From: Candidatus Eiseniibacteriota bacterium
Lineage (GTDB): Bacteria; Eisenbacteria; RBG-16-71-46
Direction of reading: 5' to 3'
NCBI GenBank assembly: GCA_044222065.1
Contig: JBGAOA010000053.1
Coordinates: forward strand, 1 to 29,996
Length of the DNA: 29,996 nucleotides
Below the pieces are notes generated by a model. That model was not told the origin of the DNA and made no database searches. It saw only the letters and a program-made list of their open reading frames with translations. Positions 9,448 to 18,168 of this stretch are shown here, in pieces. Numbering within the stretch: position 1 is the first letter of the stretch; each line of letters starts with the position of its first letter. Both the position numbers and the translations under genes were made by a program.

Positions 9448-10209
9448 ATGACCCGACCGCCGCGCGCCATCCGCGAACGCACGCCCGACGCGCCCGACGA
9501 ACACCGCCGCCACGACGGCCGGCGCGTGGACCAGCTCCGTCCGCTCAAGGTCGAGCGCGGCGTGCTCGCGCACGCCGAGGGCTCGGCGATGCTGTCGATG
9601 GGGCGCACGCGCGTGCTCTGCACCGCGACCGTCGAGGAGCGCGTGCCGGGCTGGATGAAGGGGCAGGGCCGCGGCTGGGTGACGGCCGAGTACGCGATGC
9701 TGCCGCGCGCGACCACGGATCGCACGCCGCGCACGAGCCAGACCGGCGGGCGCGCGCAGGAGATCCAGCGGCTCATCGGCCGCTCGCTCCGCACCGTGAC
9801 CGACCTCACCGCGTTCGGCGAGCGCACGATCATCCTCGACTGCGACGTGATCGAGGCCGACGGCGGCACGCGCACCGCGAGCATCAACGGGGCGCTGATC
9901 GCGCTGCACGACGCGTTCGTGACGCTCTCGAACCGCCAGCACCTCGCGCGCGCGCCGCTCCGCTCGGGCGTGGCTGCGGTTTCCGTCGGGCTCGTGGGCG
10001 GCATGCCGTGCCTGGACCTCGACTACGCCGAGGACTCGAAGGCGGGCGTGGACATGAACGTCGTGATGACGGGCGAAGGGCGCTTCGTCGAGCTGCAGGG
10101 CACGGGCGAGAGCACCTCATTCGGCGACGCGGACCTCAAGCGCCTGATCTCGCTCGCGAAGCGCGGCATCCGCCGCATCCTCGCGCAGCAACGCAAGCTC
10201 GGGTCGTGA
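9448..10209 (+). CDS. rph: Ribonuclease PH
   Basis: AEGS, GWVTAEYAMLP, EIQRLIGRSLR, DCDVIEADGGTRTASING, DLDYAEDS, DMNVV and ELQGTGE motifs. Confidence 0.98.
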   Translation: MTRPPRAIRERTPDAPDEHRRHDGRRVDQLRPLKVERGVLAHAEGSAMLSMGRTRVLCTATVEERVPGWMKGQGRGWVTAEYAMLPRATTDRTPRTSQTGGRAQEIQRLIGRSLRTVTDLTAFGERTIILDCDVIEADGGTRTASINGALIALHDAFVTLSNRQHLARAPLRSGVAAVSVGLVGGMPCLDLDYAEDSKAGVDMNVVMTGEGRFVELQGTGESTSFGDADLKRLISLAKRGIRRILAQQRKLGS

Positions 10210-10340
10210 CGGCGCGGTCCGGCCCGGCCCCCGCGCGCCGCCGTGCCGGCTCGCCGCATTTGGCCTCGTCACGTCGTCGTCGTGCGCTCGGACGGAGGCG
10301 GCTGAAGAAGTCTCCGAACCTCCGTGCTTTTTCGTCGCGA

Positions 10341-10383
10341 CGGGCGTTTAGCTCTTGGGGCGGGCGTTTCACGGCGCTAGGCT
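10341..10383 (+). promoter_or_regulatory. Possible promoter with a direct-repeat operator upstream of the cohesin/dockerin cluster
   Basis: CGGGCGTTT at 10341-10349 and 10361-10369 (20-bp period) flanks TTGGGG (10355-10360), which lies 17 bp before TAGGCT (10378-10383). Confidence 0.3.
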
Positions 10384-10471
10384 CGCCTCGTTCTGGTCGC
10401 AGCCAACCGGCGCTCCCCCCCACCGTCGCACCGGCAGGGCGGGAGTGTCCCCCCACAGGGAGATTCTCCCC

Positions 10472-13400
10472 ATGCACCGCCTCCGTCGCGGATTCGTCGC
10501 GGCCCTCGCCGCCGTCGTCGCTCCCGTAGTGGCTCACGCCGCCGTCGTTCCCGTGACGAGCAATATCGCGGTCAATACGACCTGGACCAATGGCAACGTC
10601 TACTGGGTCCAGAACTCCATCGCCGTCAACGGGGGCGTCACGCTCACCATCCAGCCGGGTGCCGTCGTGAAGTTCTCGGCGAGCCGCCAGCTGACGGTCA
10701 ACGGCAGCGTGCGCGCGATAGGCGATCCCGTGACCCGCATCACGTTCACCTCGATCAAGGACGACAACGTCGGCGGCGACACGAACGGCGACGGCAACAC
10801 CACGCTGCCCGCGGCGTCCGACTGGTTCGGCATCTACTGGCCCGACGCGAGCGTGGACTTCTCGAGTCGCCTGCACGAATGCGACGTGTTGTACGGCGGT
10901 ACGAGCGCGAGTGCGGCGCTCGTCTTCACGAGCGCGAGCGACACGATCTCGAACTGCAACATCCGTCGCTCGTACTTCGGCGTCGACTGCGCCGGCACCG
11001 CCGCGCCCGTGCTCACGAATACGTCCATCGAGGCCTCGACGCTGACACCGATCGTGCTCGATTTCACGGCCACGCCCGTGTTCTCGAGCCTTGTATTCTC
11101 GAGCGCGAACAATGGCTACGACGCGTTCGGCCTGCGCGGCGCGACGCTCACGACGGGTCAGGTCGCGACGCTGCCCCAGCGCGGCGCGACCGTGGGCGCG
11201 AATCCCGTGACGAACGTCACGTACGTGCTGCTCGGCAGCCTGACGATCAACGCCGGCGCGAGCCTGACGATCAACCCGGGCGTCGTGATCAAGCCGATCT
11301 CGAGCTACGTGATCAGCGTGTTCGGCAATCTCACGATGAACGGCACCGCCGCGGCGGGCGACACCATCACGATCACGTCCATCAACGACGACAACTTCGG
11401 CCTGCCGGGCGACACGAACAACAACGGCTCGATCACGGCGCCCGCGGTCGGGAACTGGGGGTACGTGTACTTCCAGCAGGGTTCGACGGGCTCGGTCAAT
11501 CGCTGCCGGCTCAAGTTCGGATCGAACTCGGCCTCGCTGGGGCTCGTGAGCATGAACAACAACAGCGCCGTGCCGGTGTCGAACTCGCTGCTGAGCGACG
11601 CGGCTCACGGTCTGCTGATCCAGGGCGTGTCGAATCCGGCGGTGACGAACGTCGCGATCAACAACTGCACCTCGACGCCGATCCTCATGTCCGTGTCGGC
11701 GAACCCGACGTACACGAACCTGAGCTTCCTCGCGAACGCCGTGACCGCGCTCGGGCTGATCGGCGAGGACATCGCGGTGAACTCGCACATCTTCTTCCGC
11801 AACGTCGCCGGCTTCACGAACATCACCTACTACGTGATGAACGGTCAGGTGCACATGCAGAGCCCGGCGATCCTCACCATCGATCCGGGCGTCGTGATCA
11901 AGAACCAGCTGTCCGGAGGGGGATTCCTGATCGATGGCGGGCTCATCGCCGACGGCACTCCGGCACAGCCGATCGTCTTCACCTCCGAGCGTGACGACGC
12001 GTACGGCAATCCCCCGGACACGAACGGGGACGGCTCGATCACGACTCCGGCGCAGGCGAACTGGACCTACATCCGCTTCACCGGGACGACCGACGACGCG
12101 AACGCGGTGATCGACAACTGTCGCATCACCTACGCCTCCTACGGTCCGTTCGACAGCTGGCCCACGTCGCTGTGGATCACGAGCGCCGCGCCGATCGTGA
12201 CGAACACGTTCATCACGAAGGCCGCCTACGGAATCCGCATCGACGGCAACGGGACGCCGACGATCTCGACCTGTGACATCAACAACTGCTCTTCCGCTCC
12301 GATCGTGATGTCGGTGCTCTCGGATCCGACGATCGCGACGAACAACGTGTACTCGACGAACGGCTTCAACGCCCTCGCCCTGATCGCCGAGACGCTGTCG
12401 CAGGATGCGCGCATCAAGTACCGCCCGGGCGTCGGCACGCCGACTTTCGCTTACCTGCCGACGGGCACGATCACGGTCGCGACCGGGGTCACGCTGACGA
12501 TCGATCCGCAGGTCGTCCTGAAGCCCTCGAGTTCCTTCACGATGTTCGCGGTGAACGGCGCGCTCAATTGCGTGGGATCGAACGGCACGACCGGTCGCGT
12601 GATCTTCACCTCGCGCCGCGACGACAACCCGTCGTACGGCGGAGACACGACGCCGCTCGACAGCTCGACGCCGCAGGCCGGCGACTGGGGAAACATCACC
12701 TTCAGCGACCAGGCGCTCGACGCCCAGTGCAAGATCCGCAACACGCTGTTCCAGTTCGGCGGCGCGGGGGGCAACGACAACGGCGCGATCTACACCGTGA
12801 GCGCGAGCCCGACGATCGCGCGCAACGAATTCTTCCAGAACGTCACGGCGATGACGTTCGCCGGCACGTCCGCGCCGGTCGTGGACTCGACCACGATCCT
12901 GAACTGCACGCAGCTGCCGATCGTGCTGTCCCTCACGAGCAATCCCCAGTTTCCGCATCCGGATCTCGTGTCGCTCGCGAACAACACGTACACGGCGCTC
13001 GGGCTGTTGGGCGAGACGGTCGCGGTGGACGTGCTGACCGGGGTGCGGCGCCTGAGCGGAATCCCGAACATCGCCTACGTGCCGACGTCCACGATCACGA
13101 TCGCCTTCGGCGCGAAGTGGACGATCAACCCCGGCATCGTGCTCAAGTTCGGCCGGATCTTCGCCGACCCGATCGGCACCCAGATCAACATCGATGGCGC
13201 CCTCGTGGCGGACGGCAAGCCCGACAGCCTGATCGTGTTCACCTCCAGCGCCGACGACGCGTTCGGCGGCGACATCCGCAACGACGGCGCGCTGACGCTG
13301 CCGGCGGCGGGACAGTGGTCGGGAATCGAGTTCCGCAACATCAGCAACGACGCGGCCACGGTCGTGGATCACTGCCGGTTCCGCTACGGCGGCTACTGGG

Positions 13401-15241
13401 CCGCGGGCGCGCTGCGCTTCATCAGCGCGGGACCGACGGTGACGAACTCGGTCTTCTCGCTCTTCAGCGGCGTGGGCACGTCGATCGAAGGCAATTCGAC
13501 GCCGACGTTCACGAACGTGAACATCGATTCGTGCACGAACGTCCCCGTCAACATGTCGCTCGTGAGCGAGCCCGTCTTCAACAACGTGAACTTCCTCGGC
13601 AACACGTTCACGGCGCTCGGGCTGATCGGCGAGAGCATCGCGCAGGACGTGCTGTGGCGGATCCGGCCGGTGTCGGGCCGCAACAACATGCCGTACCTGC
13701 TGCAGGCCCAGCTCACGACGGGGCTCGGAGCGACCGTCACCGTTCAGCCCGGCGTCATCTGCAAGATGTACAGCTCGGGCAGCGTGTTCGTGCAGCGCGC
13801 CTTCATCGCCGAAGGCAAGACCGAGCCCGACAGCAACATCGTGTTCACGTCCTATCGCGACGACTTCTTCGGCGGTGACACGAACGGGGACGGCGTGACG
13901 ACCGTGCCCGCACCGAGCGACTGGAGCTACGTGACGATCGACGGCACGGCGATCGACCCGCAGGTGCGCTTCAAGAACTGCGTGTTCCGCTACGGCGGCA
14001 GCGGCTCGACGCTGGGCGCCCTGCGCGCGGTCAACTCGTCGCCGGCGCTCGATTCGTGCCTGTTCGCGAACAACGCGGTCGGCATCTCGGTCGAGGGCGC
14101 GAGCAATCCCACCGCGCGCGGATGCTCGTTCTTCGGGAACACCCAGTTCGCGATCAACAACACCGGGAACTCGTTCTGCGTGAACGCCGAGGGTTCGTGG
14201 TGGAGCGCCACGAGCGGACCGAACGACGCTTCGGCGACCGCGGACCTGTGCGCGCTCGGCGCGAACGCCGGCACCGGCGACAAGGTGAGCAACAACGTGG
14301 ACTACCAGCCGTTCGTCTCGACGTCGCTCATCAACCCGCTCATCGGTGACGTGAGCCTGAACGGACAGGTGCTCGCCTACGACGCCTCGCTCACACTGCA
14401 GTACCTCGTTGCGCTCGTGTCGCTGTCGCCGCTTCAGAAGCTCGTGGCCGACGTCACGGGCACGGGTGGCATCTCGGCGTTCGACGCGTCGCTCATCCTG
14501 CAGTACGTCGCCGGCATCATCCCCGCGTTCCCGGCCGTCTCGAACCGCGCGGGTCACGTCGAAGTGAGCCCGGCGATCGCACGCCGTACGGTCGATCCCG
14601 CGCGCGGAACGTTCGAGCTCGCGCTCGGCGCTCCCGAGCGCGCGGGCGACGGCTGGGACGTTCCGGTGCGGGTCACCGGCACGGCGCCGGTGTGGTCCGC
14701 CGAACTCGAGCTGCAGGGGGCGGGCGACCTCGTCGCCGTGATTCCTGCGGAAGGCTCCGGTGCGATGGAAGCGCACGCGAGCGCGGACGGCATGATGCGC
14801 GTCGCGCTCAGCGCCGCTTCGCCGATCGAAGGCGCCGAGATCGCGCGGCTGCGGTTCGCCGACGCGGGCGCGGCGTTCGGAGCGCCGGCGGTGACGTACG
14901 CGCGCGTCAACGAGACGGAACTCGTCTCGCGTCCCGCGCCGCCCGTGCACCTGCCCGCCGTCTCCCGGCTCGGCGCTCCGGCGCCGAACCCGGCGAGCGA
15001 CGTCGTGCGGCTCGATCTCGCGATCGCGTCGGCGGACGAGGGCGCCGCGACGGTGCGCGTGCTCGATCTCGCGGGCCGCGTCGTGCGCGACCTCTCTCGC
15101 GGTCCGCTCGCGGCCGGCGAGCACCCGTTCGTGTGGGACCTGCGGGACGGCGGGGGTCGGACGGTCTCGCCCGGCCTCTACTTCCTGCACGCCCGCACCC
15201 GGACGTTCGAAGCCTCCCGTTCCGTGATCGTCGTCCGCTGA
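10472..15241 (+). CDS. Large secreted protein (1589 aa): six beta-helix-type repeats + dockerin + cohesin-like domain + FlgD-Ig/T9SS-like C-terminal domain
   Basis: Signal peptide MHRLRRG...AHA; GGGAG SD. Six copies of LTI.PG.V.K...G.L...G....I.FTS..DD..GGDT...G...P...W. Dockerin GDVSLNGQVLAYDASLTLQY...ADVTGTGGISAFDASLILQY at ~14345-14515. CTD PNPA...VLDLAGRVVR...WD...G..V.PGLYF...VIVVR. Confidence 0.88.
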   Translation: MHRLRRGFVAALAAVVAPVVAHAAVVPVTSNIAVNTTWTNGNVYWVQNSIAVNGGVTLTIQPGAVVKFSASRQLTVNGSVRAIGDPVTRITFTSIKDDNVGGDTNGDGNTTLPAASDWFGIYWPDASVDFSSRLHECDVLYGGTSASAALVFTSASDTISNCNIRRSYFGVDCAGTAAPVLTNTSIEASTLTPIVLDFTATPVFSSLVFSSANNGYDAFGLRGATLTTGQVATLPQRGATVGANPVTNVTYVLLGSLTINAGASLTINPGVVIKPISSYVISVFGNLTMNGTAAAGDTITITSINDDNFGLPGDTNNNGSITAPAVGNWGYVYFQQGSTGSVNRCRLKFGSNSASLGLVSMNNNSAVPVSNSLLSDAAHGLLIQGVSNPAVTNVAINNCTSTPILMSVSANPTYTNLSFLANAVTALGLIGEDIAVNSHIFFRNVAGFTNITYYVMNGQVHMQSPAILTIDPGVVIKNQLSGGGFLIDGGLIADGTPAQPIVFTSERDDAYGNPPDTNGDGSITTPAQANWTYIRFTGTTDDANAVIDNCRITYASYGPFDSWPTSLWITSAAPIVTNTFITKAAYGIRIDGNGTPTISTCDINNCSSAPIVMSVLSDPTIATNNVYSTNGFNALALIAETLSQDARIKYRPGVGTPTFAYLPTGTITVATGVTLTIDPQVVLKPSSSFTMFAVNGALNCVGSNGTTGRVIFTSRRDDNPSYGGDTTPLDSSTPQAGDWGNITFSDQALDAQCKIRNTLFQFGGAGGNDNGAIYTVSASPTIARNEFFQNVTAMTFAGTSAPVVDSTTILNCTQLPIVLSLTSNPQFPHPDLVSLANNTYTALGLLGETVAVDVLTGVRRLSGIPNIAYVPTSTITIAFGAKWTINPGIVLKFGRIFADPIGTQINIDGALVADGKPDSLIVFTSSADDAFGGDIRNDGALTLPAAGQWSGIEFRNISNDAATVVDHCRFRYGGYWAAGALRFISAGPTVTNSVFSLFSGVGTSIEGNSTPTFTNVNIDSCTNVPVNMSLVSEPVFNNVNFLGNTFTALGLIGESIAQDVLWRIRPVSGRNNMPYLLQAQLTTGLGATVTVQPGVICKMYSSGSVFVQRAFIAEGKTEPDSNIVFTSYRDDFFGGDTNGDGVTTVPAPSDWSYVTIDGTAIDPQVRFKNCVFRYGGSGSTLGALRAVNSSPALDSCLFANNAVGISVEGASNPTARGCSFFGNTQFAINNTGNSFCVNAEGSWWSATSGPNDASATADLCALGANAGTGDKVSNNVDYQPFVSTSLINPLIGDVSLNGQVLAYDASLTLQYLVALVSLSPLQKLVADVTGTGGISAFDASLILQYVAGIIPAFPAVSNRAGHVEVSPAIARRTVDPARGTFELALGAPERAGDGWDVPVRVTGTAPVWSAELELQGAGDLVAVIPAEGSGAMEAHASADGMMRVALSAASPIEGAEIARLRFADAGAAFGAPAVTYARVNETELVSRPAPPVHLPAVSRLGAPAPNPASDVVRLDLAIASADEGAATVRVLDLAGRVVRDLSRGPLAAGEHPFVWDLRDGGGRTVSPGLYFLHARTRTFEASRSVIVVR

Positions 15242-15263
15242 GCCGGCGGGGAGGAGGCACGAC

Positions 15264-17330
15264 ATGAAACCGCATCCTCGCTCGGAGACGCCGCGGCGCG
15301 CGCGGCGCGGCGCGTGGTTCGTACTCGCGCTCGCGCTGCTCGCCGCGGGCGCGCCGCGACCGGCCGACGCCGTTCAAGTGACCACCGGCGCCGGCTCGGG
15401 ACTCGCGGGGCAGACCGTCGACATCACGCTCAGCACCGGGAACCTGACCGGGCTCGGCATCGTGTCGCTGCAGTTCGACCTCACCTACTTCGCGAATCGC
15501 GTCACGGCCGTGGACGTGATCGAAGCCGGCACGTCGGTCGGGGCGGCGGGCTGGGGCGACGCGACGTTCAACGTCACGTCCGGGAAGATCTCGGTGAGCC
15601 ACGCGGGCACGACGCCGCTCACGGGCTCGGGCCCGCTGCTCGTGATCCGATTCCTCGTGAATCCGGCGCAGCTCGCGGCGTCGAGCACGCCGCTGACGCT
15701 GTCGAATTTCGTCTTCAACGAGGGCGTGCCGAACGACACGACGACGAACAACACGCTGACGATCCCCGCGACGCCGATCATCACGGTGTCGCCGAACACG
15801 GCCGAGATCGTGCGCGGGAACACGCAGTCGTTCACGGTGTCGGGGACCGTCACGAACCCGGTGACGTGGGCGACGACGAACCCCGCGATCGCGACGGTCA
15901 CGGGCGGCGGCCTGCTCACGGGCGTCGCGCCGGGCGAGGTGCGCGTGTTCGCAGTGGATGCCGCGACGCGCCGAGACACGACCGACCAGGACGTGTTCGT
16001 CCGCGGCATGAGCCTCACGCCGGGCACGCTCACCACGACGCTCGGCCAGTCGTTCAGCCTGCCGATCAACGTCTCGTCGCTGACCGGACTCGGCATCCGC
16101 TCGGGCCAGTTCTCGCTGTCGTTCTCGGGCGGCCGCATCGGGGCGACGGGCGTCAGCACGCCGCCGGGGACGCTGTTGAACGGCTACGGTCCGGTCGCCT
16201 TCGGCTCGACCGCGAACACGGCGACCGTGGATTTCGCCGGCGCGAGCGACCTCTCGGGCTCGGGCATCCTGTGCTACGTCACGTTCGACGCGCTGACGTC
16301 GGGCGGCGTGACCGTCGTGCCGACCTCCGCGCTCTTCAACGAGGTCCTGCCGGCCAAGCTGACGAACGGAACGGTGACCGTGAGTCCGCTGCCCACGATC
16401 ACGGTGAGCCCCGAAAACGTGACGCTGCTCGCGGGCCAGACGCAGGCGTTCACGCTCGGCGGAAGTCCGACGCCGCCGATCACGTGGAGCACGCTCGATC
16501 CGGCGGTCGCGACGATCTCGCCGGGCGGGCTCCTCACCGCGGTCGCGGGTGGCGTGACGAAGGTGCGCGCGCAGGACGCTCTCGGGGCGGTGGACCTGAA
16601 CGGTTCGGTGACCGTGTACGACTTCAAGGTCACGCTCGCGACCGTGAACGCTCCGCCGGGCGCGACCGTGCGCGTGCCGTTCCTGCTCGATCGCGACATC
16701 AGCGCACTCGGCGCCCACTCGCTGCAGTACACCGTGACGTACAACGGCACGCACGTGCTGCAGTCGCGCTCGCTGCACGAGGGGCTCGTGTCGGTGTGGG
16801 ATCCGAACATCGTCACGAACGTGCACCCGACGTCGATCGTCGTCGCCGAAGGCGGCGTCGCGACGCTCGGGAGCGGCAACGGCGAACTCGACGTGCTCGA
16901 ATTCGACCTGTCGCCGTCCGTGCCGGTCGGGACGAACCTCCCGCTCACGGTCCTCGGCATGACGTTCAACGAAGGCCTGCCCTCGCCGCAGGTCGTGAAC
17001 GGCATGATCCAGGTGCGCACGAACGCGGATGCGCCCGGGGCCGAGGCGCCACGGCTCGCGTTCGCGGCGCCGTGGCCGAACCCCGCGCACGGCGCGGTGC
17101 GGCTGCAGCTCTCGCTGCCCGAGGCCGACGCCGGCGCGTGCGTGCGCATCGTGGGCGTGGACGGGCGCCTCGTGCGCCGGCTTGACCTCGCCGCGTCGGA
17201 TGCGGGTGCGGGCGAAACGCTCTGGGACGGACTCGACACCGCCGGGCGCCGGGCGCGCCCGGGACTCTATTTCGCGACGCTCGAATGGCGCGGCGAGCGC
17301 CTGACGCGCCGCTTCGCGCTCGTGCGCTGA
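15264..17330 (+). CDS. Scaffoldin-like secreted protein: cohesin-Big2-cohesin-Big2-cohesin + FlgD-Ig/T9SS-like CTD
   Basis: GGAGG SD; signal peptide ending ADA. Three ~125-aa units with G.TV.I....L..LGI.S.QF.LTY...GSG.L....F...FNE. Two Big_2 units ITVSP....L..G.TQ.FT.......TW....PA.AT....GLLT.VA.G...V.A.DA. CTD PWPNPA...DGRLVR...WDG.D..G...PGLYF. Confidence 0.85.
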   Translation: MKPHPRSETPRRARRGAWFVLALALLAAGAPRPADAVQVTTGAGSGLAGQTVDITLSTGNLTGLGIVSLQFDLTYFANRVTAVDVIEAGTSVGAAGWGDATFNVTSGKISVSHAGTTPLTGSGPLLVIRFLVNPAQLAASSTPLTLSNFVFNEGVPNDTTTNNTLTIPATPIITVSPNTAEIVRGNTQSFTVSGTVTNPVTWATTNPAIATVTGGGLLTGVAPGEVRVFAVDAATRRDTTDQDVFVRGMSLTPGTLTTTLGQSFSLPINVSSLTGLGIRSGQFSLSFSGGRIGATGVSTPPGTLLNGYGPVAFGSTANTATVDFAGASDLSGSGILCYVTFDALTSGGVTVVPTSALFNEVLPAKLTNGTVTVSPLPTITVSPENVTLLAGQTQAFTLGGSPTPPITWSTLDPAVATISPGGLLTAVAGGVTKVRAQDALGAVDLNGSVTVYDFKVTLATVNAPPGATVRVPFLLDRDISALGAHSLQYTVTYNGTHVLQSRSLHEGLVSVWDPNIVTNVHPTSIVVAEGGVATLGSGNGELDVLEFDLSPSVPVGTNLPLTVLGMTFNEGLPSPQVVNGMIQVRTNADAPGAEAPRLAFAAPWPNPAHGAVRLQLSLPEADAGACVRIVGVDGRLVRRLDLAASDAGAGETLWDGLDTAGRRARPGLYFATLEWRGERLTRRFALVR

Positions 17331-17341
17331 GGAGACGAACC

Positions 17342-18127
17342 ATGCCGACGCCTCTCGTGCTTCTCCGCTCGTGCGTATGCGCGGGCCTCGTCGCGTGCGC
17401 GCTCGCCGCGTGCACGACGCCGGCGCGCGCCGTCGTCGTGGACCTGCCGACGATCGCGGCCGCGCGCGGCGACACCGTCACGCTCGACATCGCGGCCGAT
17501 CAGCCGCTCGGCGGGCTGGGCATCTATGGGATCGAGTACACGCTGACGTTCGATCCCGCGGTCGTATCGGCGGCGCTGCCCCAGCCGGTCGGCGCCGCGT
17601 GGACGTGGGGGCCGCCGTTCGCGAACGTCACGTCGAACGCCGTGCTGCTCGCCGCGGCGGGCGCGACGCCCGTCGCCTCGCCTTCGGCGCTGCTCCATCG
17701 CGTGCGGCTCGTCGTCTCGGGCAGCGCGCCGAACGGTTCGTCGCTGCTGTCGCTCACGCGCCTGCGCTTCAACGAAGGCTCGCCCGCGGCGACGCAGGTC
17801 TCGGGCTTCCTGCAGATCGGGACCGTGGACGTCGCCTCCGGTCGCGGGGCCGGCGCGGTGCTCGCGCCGGTGAGCCCGAATCCCGCGCGCGGGCGCGCCT
17901 CGTTCGCGATCCGCGTCGAGGATGCGCGCCGCGCGCGCGTCGCGATCTTCGACCTGCACGGGCGGCGCGTGCGCGGAGTCGACGTCGCCTCGCTCGGCGC
18001 GGGCACGCACGCGCTGTCGTGGGACGGCCGCGACGATGCGGGCGCGCCGTCGCCCGCGGGCGTGTACGCGGTCCGGCTCGAAGCGGGCGGGACCGCGGCG
18101 GTGCGGCGCTTCGTCTGGCTGCGCTGA
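17342..18127 (+). CDS. Single-cohesin secreted protein (261 aa) + FlgD-Ig/T9SS-like CTD; possible lipobox
   Basis: GGAG SD; GDTVTLDI...LGGLGIYGIEYTLTFDPAVV...LRFNEG matches the cohesin units of the upstream gene. CTD PNPARG...IFDLHGRRVR...WDGRDDAG...AGVY. LAAC at Cys24. Confidence 0.82.
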   Translation: MPTPLVLLRSCVCAGLVACALAACTTPARAVVVDLPTIAAARGDTVTLDIAADQPLGGLGIYGIEYTLTFDPAVVSAALPQPVGAAWTWGPPFANVTSNAVLLAAAGATPVASPSALLHRVRLVVSGSAPNGSSLLSLTRLRFNEGSPAATQVSGFLQIGTVDVASGRGAGAVLAPVSPNPARGRASFAIRVEDARRARVAIFDLHGRRVRGVDVASLGAGTHALSWDGRDDAGAPSPAGVYAVRLEAGGTAAVRRFVWLR

Positions 18128-18140
18128 TCGTCCGCGGGCT

Positions 18141-18168
18141 TTGCCGTGCGCCGGGGAGCCGCTAAGGT
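18141..18168 (+). promoter_or_regulatory. Possible promoter for rdgB
   Basis: TTGCCG (18141-18146), 16-bp spacer, TAAGGT (18163-18168). Confidence 0.35.

Noticed and set aside
10741..13900. Periodic GACACGAACGG-like DNA motifs as a possible CRISPR or nucleotide repeat array
   Set aside because: The spacing is ~600 nt, and the copies are degenerate and in-frame; they reflect protein repeats.
10136..15265. 1709-aa ORF on the minus strand opposite the large secreted protein
   Set aside because: Shadow ORF: Arg/Val/Asp/His-rich with no motifs, as expected antisense to a GC3-biased gene in high-GC DNA.
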